Positions 8,887 to 16,125 of a stretch of DNA of 22,200 nt are shown piece by piece; positions within the stretch are counted from its first letter, which is position 1, and each line of letters starts with the position of its first letter. This DNA comes from Candidatus Scalinduaceae bacterium. GTDB lineage: Bacteria; Planctomycetota; Brocadiia; Brocadiales; Scalinduaceae. A program made the position numbers and the translations under genes. The stretch covers positions 1 to 22,200 of the forward strand of contig JBHICG010000059.1 of assembly GCA_046759445.1 (NCBI GenBank). Direction: 5' to 3'. The notes under the pieces were generated by a model. That model was not told where the DNA came from. It ran no database searches and saw nothing but the letters and a program-made list of their open reading frames with translations.

Positions 8887-10710
8887 CTATTGTGATTGTT
8901 TTTCTTTTTTCTTTCCACCGAATATCCCCTCAAAAAAACCTTTAGCCTTATCAAATATCTGTTCGTTCTCTTTTTCAAGTAGTTTGTTGGCCTCACCCTT
9001 TAATTTACCAGTCAGTACATCTGTACCAGCCTGGACGAGTGCGTCAGCTAATTTAGAATTATCAACGGTAATCCTTGGGTTATCCAGCGGCCCTCTTATT
9101 TCGAGTGGAAACTGTAACTTTTCAACCTTTACTGAACCGGAGCCCGGTAAGGTTACAGTCGTGTTATGAAGTGTAACTTGCATGGGTAAGTCAAGGTATG
9201 TGCCAGCAGTAGTTTGAAAAGCCCCTTCCATTTCCACATCGATTGTTCCACCAGCGATGGATTTGTTGCTCGCAAAGGCTAAATGCTCCGCAATACTATC
9301 TGTATCCAGGCCACGATAAGCAAACTCAATTGTATTTTCTCCTTTCGCCGGAGTCACACCTGCAAGTTTTAAATCAACGTTAAGGGTATTGTTACTGGAC
9401 ATGATGGTAATGCTGGGTATGTGATCTACCAATAGGTAAGGGTGAGTGGATAAATCCTTGCCAAGAATATCGATTGTTTCACTGCCAAATCCTTGGACGC
9501 TCACTTTTTCAGCGATAAGTTCAGAAACAACAAGTTTGGGTGTTCCCTCAATCAGATGAGATGCCGATACATTAGCATAACCCTTAATCTGTATCTCCCG
9601 TTCTAACCAATCACTTAGAGATTCAGCTTCAGTTTTTTTGGCGCTGACCGTTTTATCCGAAGGTCCAGAGAGGGCCTCTAACCACTGTCGTATCTTAGCT
9701 AACCGTTCTTTCCAGGCCTTTGCATTTTTAACATAATCATCAAGAGATTTTTCACCTTCTCTGGTTTCTCCTGTGTCGGGTGGTTTTGAACCGATGATGC
9801 GTCCGGGTATAATCCGCTTTGCCCCATAAGATGCATCCGTCATAACTACACTATCCAGCTTAAGTCGTTTGCGCAGTAAATCAGTGCCACTGATATTGAT
9901 TTCGATTGTTACAGCCCGCAATAGATCAGTATCAAGCGCATTTGGATCTGCCATGGCAAATCCTTCTACCGTCATGCGCCCTTCAGACAGGGAGACGTCA
10001 GCTCGATCGATGTCTACTGTAGCTCCATTTACTCGTTCCAAACCGCTTCGCAATGCAGAGGTTACGATTGGTCCTGATGTGAATATCAGTATTAGTACCA
10101 GCATGACGACTACTAATCCGGCAAAAATTGCCCCAATAGGTCTGATGGGGTTGCCAAACTTCTTGTTTAGCAACTCGGACCAGCTATGTTTACGAGGACC
10201 TCCTCCAACGAGTGAGAACATCAGAAACTTAACCCACCTCTTACTAGCCCATTGCTGAAACGATACAGATCCTTCTTCCAGTGATGCCATCTTCCTTCTT
10301 ACAGCAATAATGACTTTGACAAATAGAAGACCCATAATTAAGCCGAATACAAATCCAAGTAACGCTCCTCCAATTGTTGCATAATATTCTAAACCAAACA
10401 ACGCTAGTACAGGTTCATTTATCATCCACTTGAATAACCCTTGTGTTGGTCCATCGAGCAGGATACGTCCCACAGCAAAAGAAGCTGGAATCAAACATAA
10501 TGACAATAGCTTAGCAAGAAATCCAATACAGCTTGCTACAACCAGGTTAGCGTTCAATGTCATGAGCAAAATCAATAGTGTAATGAATAGTCCGGGTGCC
10601 TGCGCAATTCCCGGTAGAAAACCTATAATTGCACCAAGCACGCATGCAACGGCAATTTGAAATGGGGTTACATTGCCTAAAATGATTTTACCGATTTTTC
10701 GTGTAATCAC
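8887..10710 (-). CDS. TIGR03546/DUF2062-like membrane domain fused to an AsmA/TIGR03545-like periplasmic region
   Basis: N-terminus TPFQIAVACVLGAIIGFLP and further TMs. Then an AsmA-N-like segment (LERVNGATVDIDRADVSLSEG...ADP) and a C-terminal LEIRGPLDNPRI plus amphipathic helix. Start moved to the in-frame GTG at 10710, which follows a GAGGT RBS (the ORF track starts at 10818). Confidence 0.7.
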   Translation of the reverse strand: MITRKIGKIILGNVTPFQIAVACVLGAIIGFLPGIAQAPGLFITLLILLMTLNANLVVASCIGFLAKLLSLCLIPASFAVGRILLDGPTQGLFKWMINEPVLALFGLEYYATIGGALLGFVFGLIMGLLFVKVIIAVRRKMASLEEGSVSFQQWASKRWVKFLMFSLVGGGPRKHSWSELLNKKFGNPIRPIGAIFAGLVVVMLVLILIFTSGPIVTSALRSGLERVNGATVDIDRADVSLSEGRMTVEGFAMADPNALDTDLLRAVTIEINISGTDLLRKRLKLDSVVMTDASYGAKRIIPGRIIGSKPPDTGETREGEKSLDDYVKNAKAWKERLAKIRQWLEALSGPSDKTVSAKKTEAESLSDWLEREIQIKGYANVSASHLIEGTPKLVVSELIAEKVSVQGFGSETIDILGKDLSTHPYLLVDHIPSITIMSSNNTLNVDLKLAGVTPAKGENTIEFAYRGLDTDSIAEHLAFASNKSIAGGTIDVEMEGAFQTTAGTYLDLPMQVTLHNTTVTLPGSGSVKVEKLQFPLEIRGPLDNPRITVDNSKLADALVQAGTDVLTGKLKGEANKLLEKENEQIFDKAKGFFEGIFGGKKKEKQSQ

Positions 10711-11160
10711 ATTTTTTACCTCAATATTTTGATATGATAAGTGGATAAATACATCTGGTTGGGTTGCTTGGGGAATGTGAGTTTTCTTGGATTCTGCATT
10801 AATAAAGTATTTTAACAAACAAAAAATATTTGTTTATTTTCATATTGAATAAAGGGGCAAGAGACAAAAAAAGATTATTCCAATGAATTACATTTTGAGT
10901 TTTAGATAAGCATTCTATATAATATCTGGTCTGATGAATGAATTTCTATTTGTAATGTTCCCAAAACTGACCAAATATGAAAACATTGATGTTGTAGACA
11001 TTACGGATGAAACAGTGTTGAACTGAAACCATTTAAAGATAGATTCTTTTTTTTAATCTACTATCTTATATGAGGATTGTAAAGAAATAAATCTTAATTT
11101 TATCAATTTAAAAAGCCCTGAGTAATTGAGTGTTTCAATTTTCTTAGAACAACTTCCCAC

Positions 11161-11190
11161 TTGAATTTTCTTTGGAATGATGACTATAAT
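11161..11190 (+). promoter_or_regulatory. possible sigma70 promoter upstream of the signalling cluster
   Basis: TTGAAT-18 nt-TATAAT. The AT-rich background makes a chance match possible. Confidence 0.35.
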
Positions 11191-11346
11191 ATTTCTTGTC
11201 TGTTTAGTTTGTACTTTTAAATAGAAATTTCCCTCAAATATGATATTCTTTAAATATACTTTAATTGAAATAGTCAGAGATTCCGAGAAAGTATTCTAAT
11301 AAGGCTCGCACTTTTTAGCTTAACATGCTACCAGAATAACTCTGTT

Positions 11347-11359
11347 GGGGGGGGGGGGG
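11347..11359. repeat. G13 homopolymer tract
   Basis: 13 consecutive G in an otherwise AT-rich intergenic region. Confidence 0.95.
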
Positions 11360-11501
11360 TAGATACAGAAAAAGTCATAAGTAGTATACTTTTTTACGAG
11401 GAACTTGTTATGTGACAAATAATACTTTAAATGTGTAAATTTAGTTAACTTCAGGAAATTTTTGATTGGTCTTTTGAAACAAATGAAAAGGAGGAAATAT
11501 C

Positions 11502-12170
11502 TTGAGTTTATATTTACGGAAATCATTATTTTTAATATTTATTCTTGTTGTTTCAATATACGGTACTATTGGTATTGCCGAAAACATAGAAGATGAGCAA
11601 AGGAATTGTTTGCATAAGTTGGCAGAAACAACAATTGACGTGTTGATTGCTACAAGAAATGTAATTGCCAAGAACCAGGAACTTATAAATAGAGACCCGA
11701 TATCAGGAAACTATTACTTCAAGGGTTTTGTGCCTGCCGTGGTAGGTTCACAGGTGGCCAATGACTTTAGTCTTATGACCGGACATAAGTTAAAGCAAAC
11801 CAGCCTTAAGATCAGAAATCCACAGAATGCACCCGATGAATGGGAAAGGAAAAAATTAAAAATTATGGGATCATCAAAATATTCAAAAGATCTTGGTTTT
11901 GGTGAGTTTGTGGAGAGAGAAGGTAAGAAAGTTTATAGATACATTAAGCCTATCTATACAGAAAAAGCCTGTTTGGAATGTCATGGTGAAAGGAAAGATA
12001 TCAAGCCAGCCATAAGACAGTTTCTGGAGATGAGATATCCATATGATGAGGCATTTGGATATAAAGAGGGAGATTTTCGTGGTGGGATAAGCATTATTAT
12101 TTCACTTGAGCGTTTTGGTATAACTACTACTCAGCCACCGATGCACAAAAACACCAATATAGAGGATTGA
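11502..12170 (+). CDS. DUF3365 (Tll0287-like) c-type heme-binding periplasmic protein
   Basis: AAGGAGG RBS then TTG start; signal/TM segment; family motifs KQTSLKIRNPQNAPDEWE, YRYIKPI, GYKEGDFRGGISI; single CxxCH (CLECH, 11970-11984). Confidence 0.9.
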   Translation: MSLYLRKSLFLIFILVVSIYGTIGIAENIEDEQRNCLHKLAETTIDVLIATRNVIAKNQELINRDPISGNYYFKGFVPAVVGSQVANDFSLMTGHKLKQTSLKIRNPQNAPDEWERKKLKIMGSSKYSKDLGFGEFVEREGKKVYRYIKPIYTEKACLECHGERKDIKPAIRQFLEMRYPYDEAFGYKEGDFRGGISIIISLERFGITTTQPPMHKNTNIED

Positions 12171-12190
12171 TGACCTATCCGAAAGGCGTT

Positions 12191-12435
12191 CAGACTGTGT
12201 CCACAATAGAGAAAACACATAATATGTCATTGGCAATTCTGTTGTTGCAGAATTGCTTAGGTAATTTTACTCGTCGAGTAAAATCACACCTGAACCAGGT
12301 CATGAATAATATCATTATGAACTTGTTTTAGAATCTAATGATCTCAATAGCTTAGCAACCTAAGAGATCCCGCCCCCCTCTGCTAGCTTGCGCTAGCAAG
12401 CTGAGGGGGCGGGATGACAACTGTGACACAGCCTG
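12191..12435. mobile_element. nested palindromic REP/MITE-like element, copy A
   Basis: Imperfect terminal IR cagactgtgtccaca / tgtgacacagcctg. 84-bp core 12224-12307 shared with 19350-19433. GC-rich nested hairpin atcccgcccccctc...gagggggcgggat at 12367-12415. Confidence 0.7.
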
Positions 12436-12653
12436 GTTGCTAGGGGGGAATAAAGAATGAAAATTGCTGTATTTGAATATGTTTCATTCATTATGAATTC
12501 TGTCTATTGATTCCTTAATTTCATGTCTGAGAATAGGTGATGATATGTGGAACAGTCATGATTAAACTTAATTATTTGTGTACATATCTTCTAATTTTTC
12601 TACTTCTTTGTGGCCGTTTAGCTACGTTTAGGTTTGAAGATAGGTTGTGAAGA

Positions 12654-14999
12654 ATGAAGTTTACAAAATTTGGCACTAAACTCTTCTGCTTTTTCCTGTT
12701 GGTATCACTTCTACCTCTTGGTATTGCTGGTGCAATAATATATAAATATGTTTACGACAGAACAAAAGGTGAAGTTTTAGGTCAATTGCAGACTACGGCA
12801 CATAACCTTAAGGAAAGGTTACACCTCCTACTGAGAGAAAGAAGATCAAGGATTACATATTTTAGTTCGGATGGTTTTATCAGAGATTGTGTAGAACAGA
12901 TGTTATTAAAGACCCCCGAATATTCTCAAATTAGCAAAAAGTTGTACAACCACCTAATAATAAATAAAAAAAGCTTAGACCCAGATATCCTTGAAATAGA
13001 GATTCTCAATTACGAAGGTAAGGTTATTGCTTCAACCTCCCAGGAACAAATTGGTAAAGACAAATCTCATGAAAATTACTTTAGAGTTCCATTCCTTTCA
13101 CAGGAACAAAAAGGCCCATATTTTGCTGATGCTATCGAAAGGACAAAGAAATCTGATAAATTACAGTTTGTTTTTTCAGGGATACTGACGGACAAAATCT
13201 TGCATGAACCCCTGGGAGTCATAGTTACCAAGGTAAATGGTCGTATCATTCAGGACATACTCGATATATCAAAGTATCAATGCGAAGAAGAAAACTCAAT
13301 TAATGATTATGGTGAGATATATATTGTGAACAAAGAGAAGTTAATGATAGCAAATTCAAGTGGTTCGGGAAGTTTTAGACAAATTGTTGAAACAAAAGCG
13401 GTACAGGAAGTGTTAGTCTCAAGGGGAAAACTATCTGGAATATATGAGAATTATAAGGGTATTATTGTTTTGAGCACAGTACTATTTGTGCCTGAAACAA
13501 ACTGGGTAATACTGGCAGAGAAAAACATTAAAGAAGCATTTTTACCATTAACAAGAATTAAATATATTTTTGCAATTTCAGGAGGGGGGGCGATATTTCT
13601 GGTATTCTTATTTGCCTTTGTCATTTCTGGCAATATAAATGCTATTATAAAAAAGTTGATAGAGGGTACCAGGAGGGTAGCAGATGGTGATTTAGAACAC
13701 CCGATAATAATTGGTAAGAGAAAGGACGAAATAAGAGAGTTAGGTAAATCATTCAATTTGATGATGAACAAACTCAGGGAATCACTTGAAAAGGTGAGGA
13801 AGTCAGAAGAAAAATACCGTGAACTGTTCGAGACCGTTAAAGATGGAATTGTCTTTACAGACCTTGAAGGAAACGTCCTTGATTGTAATAAGGAGTATTT
13901 AGATATGCTTGGTTATTCCATGAAGGAAGTAAGGAGAAAGAAGTATCAGGAAATCACTCCTCCAAAATGGGACGATATAGAGCAAGATTTATTCAGAGCG
14001 CAGATTGTGGAAAGAGGGTATAGTGATTTGTATGAAAAGGAATATATTAAGAAAGATGGGACTGTATTCCCCATTTCAATCAGGATATGGCTTATTAAGG
14101 ATGAAAGAGGTATTGCAAAGGGGATGTGGGGTATTGCAAGAGATATTACAGAACAAAAGAAGGCGGAAAGACAATTGATTGAAAAGGCAAAGGAATTAGA
14201 GGCGGTGAACATAGAATTAGAGGATTTTGTTTATATCGTTTCCCATGATTTAAAAGAGCCTTTGTTTGCAATTGAAGGTTATACGTCAAGGTTGCCTAAG
14301 ATATATAAAGATATCTTGGATGATAAAGGAAAGCACTATATAGACAGAATCAGGGTAAATGTGAAAAATATGTCTCAAAAAATCTATGAAATTATGGAAG
14401 TCGTAAAGGTTGGGAGGGTTATATATAATTTTAAAAATAATGATATTGAGGTTATTATTAAGGATGTGGTAAATTCATTGGAAGGCAGGGTAAAGAAAAA
14501 CAAAATTAATGTCTTAATCGAGGATAATTTACCTACTGTATTTTGCGATAGAGAAAGGTTAAAAGATGTATTTTCCAATCTAGTTACTAATGCGATTAAG
14601 TTTATGGGTAAGGATAAATCCCCCCTGAATCCCCCTAATTCCCCCCCCACTTCTTGCTTTCACAAGAAAGCAGTGGGGGGGATTAATAAAGGGGGGATTA
14701 AGGGGGGATTCAGGAAAATTAGAATTGGATGTGATAAAGATGGAGATTGCTATAGATTCTTTGTTGAAGATACAGGTATTGGTATCCCGGCGAAATACCA
14801 GGAGCGAATTTTTAAGATATTCAGGAGGCTTAATGACATAGAGACAGAAGGGACTGGTGTTGGATTAGCTATAGTAAAGAAGATTGTTGAGTTACATGAT
14901 GGGAAAATATGGGTGGAAAGCCCTGTTAATGAGGGAAAAGGATCGAGATTTTGTTTTACGATGCCGATAATGAAAGAAATTTCAGGCCACCAAAATTGA
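12654..14999 (+). CDS. sensor histidine kinase 1 (TM-Cache-like-TM-HAMP-PAS-HisKA-HATPase)
   Basis: Two TMs, HAMP (DEIRELGKSFNLM), PAS/PAC (KKDGTVFPI...ARDITE), H-box SHDLKEPL, N-box NLVTNAIKF, G boxes DTGIGI and GTGVGLAI. Confidence 0.95.
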   Translation: MKFTKFGTKLFCFFLLVSLLPLGIAGAIIYKYVYDRTKGEVLGQLQTTAHNLKERLHLLLRERRSRITYFSSDGFIRDCVEQMLLKTPEYSQISKKLYNHLIINKKSLDPDILEIEILNYEGKVIASTSQEQIGKDKSHENYFRVPFLSQEQKGPYFADAIERTKKSDKLQFVFSGILTDKILHEPLGVIVTKVNGRIIQDILDISKYQCEEENSINDYGEIYIVNKEKLMIANSSGSGSFRQIVETKAVQEVLVSRGKLSGIYENYKGIIVLSTVLFVPETNWVILAEKNIKEAFLPLTRIKYIFAISGGGAIFLVFLFAFVISGNINAIIKKLIEGTRRVADGDLEHPIIIGKRKDEIRELGKSFNLMMNKLRESLEKVRKSEEKYRELFETVKDGIVFTDLEGNVLDCNKEYLDMLGYSMKEVRRKKYQEITPPKWDDIEQDLFRAQIVERGYSDLYEKEYIKKDGTVFPISIRIWLIKDERGIAKGMWGIARDITEQKKAERQLIEKAKELEAVNIELEDFVYIVSHDLKEPLFAIEGYTSRLPKIYKDILDDKGKHYIDRIRVNVKNMSQKIYEIMEVVKVGRVIYNFKNNDIEVIIKDVVNSLEGRVKKNKINVLIEDNLPTVFCDRERLKDVFSNLVTNAIKFMGKDKSPLNPPNSPPTSCFHKKAVGGINKGGIKGGFRKIRIGCDKDGDCYRFFVEDTGIGIPAKYQERIFKIFRRLNDIETEGTGVGLAIVKKIVELHDGKIWVESPVNEGKGSRFCFTMPIMKEISGHQN
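14616..14711. repeat. in-frame nested palindromic insertion within the kinase 1 HATPase domain
   Basis: Outer arms aatcccccctgaatccccct / aggggggattaaggggggatt; middle arms taattccccccccac / gtgggggggatta; inner arms tgctttc / gaaagca. Absent from the paralogous kinase 2. Confidence 0.92.
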
Positions 15000-15081
15000 T
15001 AAAGTTATAGTTAATAAGTTAGGGTAAAGAGGTCGGTTCGCTAAAAAAGTAGAGAGTAGAGAGGTAACAAGAAGATGGTAA

Positions 15082-15450
15082 AATAACAAATTCCAAATCG
15101 CGAATAACAAACAAAATGATTTGTAGTGGGGTTAGGGTTAAGTTGCGAGTTTTGTTATGGGTGGCGAGTCATGCCTGCCCGTAGGTAGGCAGGTGTTGAA
15201 AACAATGATAAAAAGATAATAAGTTTTTTGTTCCATCGGGATTTTGCCAGCCCGACTGTGTATTCTGGTGGGTAATCCCGATGCTTTGCAGTCCGACAAA
15301 GCTGTTCTGGCGGGTTAAAGTAATTAACGGTAATAAAATAAGGGTCGGGATAACTTGTCTGCCGACAAGGCAGGCAATATCCCGACCCAACTAAACGATT
15401 AACCTTTAGCTTAGAATTTGTTTCGGATTTCGATATTCAAAATTTTAACT
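15082..15450. repeat. cluster of short palindromic/REP-like elements
   Basis: cctgcc/ggcagg (15174-15193); catcgggatt/aatcccgatg (15234-15283); gggtcgggata/tatcccgaccc (15342-15388) enclosing ttgtctgcc/ggcaggcaa; roughly 7-nt periodic flanks at about 15082-15116 and 15414-15450. Confidence 0.7.
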
Positions 15451-15494
15451 TTATTTGTTTCTTGTGCCTTAGTGACAAAGAGGGGAGGATGGTT

Positions 15495-15932
15495 GTGAAA
15501 GAGATAAAGATTTTACTTATTGAGGATGACCTAGACCATGCGGACTTAATTACTGAAGTACTTGAGGAAAACAATATTGAAAAGGAAGTTATCTTAATAA
15601 AAGATGGACAGGAAGCAATAGATTATTTTGAGAAAGTGGGTATGGATGAGAAGGAGGATGCTACATCTAAAGTTGAACTGATTCTATTAGATCTCAAATT
15701 GCCGAAGGTTGACGGGATGGAAGTTCTTAAATTTCTAAAGAAGAATCCAAGGTATTGCTCAATCCCTGTAGTTATTTTGACAACAACTTCTGAACATAAA
15801 ACTGTTATCGCAGGCTATAAAAATGGGGTAAACAGCTTTATAACGAAGCCTATTTCTTTTGAAGAGTTTGTCGAAAAGATAAAAATACTGAAGAAATATT
15901 GGTTGAAAACATGTACATTACCAATACGATAG
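15495..15932 (+). CDS. single-domain response regulator 1 (Rcp1-like)
   Basis: ILLIEDD, LILLDLKLPKVDG (phospho-Asp), IPVVILTT, NSFITKP. GGAGG 6 nt before the GTG at 15495 favours this start; it also matches the paralogue MREIKILL. Confidence 0.92.
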   Translation: MKEIKILLIEDDLDHADLITEVLEENNIEKEVILIKDGQEAIDYFEKVGMDEKEDATSKVELILLDLKLPKVDGMEVLKFLKKNPRYCSIPVVILTTTSEHKTVIAGYKNGVNSFITKPISFEEFVEKIKILKKYWLKTCTLPIR

Positions 15933-15936
15933 TTTT

Positions 15937-16030
15937 ACCCCGTTAGAAAGAAAGCCACGCCGTGTGGGCGGGGTGAAAGATATATAGCTTGGGTGGTGTC
16001 CAATGACGTACCCAAGCTTTCGAACGGGCT
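15937..16030. mobile_element. short MITE-like element
   Basis: IR cccgttagaaag (15939-15950) / ctttcgaacggg (16017-16028), 11/12 match, enclosing two hairpins: ccacgcc/ggcgggg and agcttgggt/acccaagct. Confidence 0.6.
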
Positions 16031-16125
16031 TTACAATTGCCATAATGAAAGTTCTTATTACAAAATACAGAATCCAAAGTAAAAATTAAGTCCGAAATGA
16101 GTATTAGAAGAAAGAATTTAGAAAA

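Noticed and set aside
1277..10660. Short ORFs overlapping the HU, VWA, TPR, SSS and AsmA-like genes
   Set aside because: Antisense or alternate-frame shadows of well-supported genes, with no independent evidence.
11320..11671. Minus-strand ORFs 11320-11526 and 11441-11671
   Set aside because: Overlap the DUF3365 gene start. The poly-Pro merely reflects the G13 tract.
12367..12415. GC-rich hairpin as an intrinsic terminator of the DUF3365 gene
   Set aside because: No following U-tract on either strand; better explained as part of the repeat element.
15169..15390. 73-aa minus-strand ORF
   Set aside because: Made entirely of palindromic repeat sequence; no RBS or recognisable motif.
14616..16030. 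CRISPR array among the palindromic repeats
   Set aside because: No regularly spaced identical direct repeats with unique spacers, and no cas genes.
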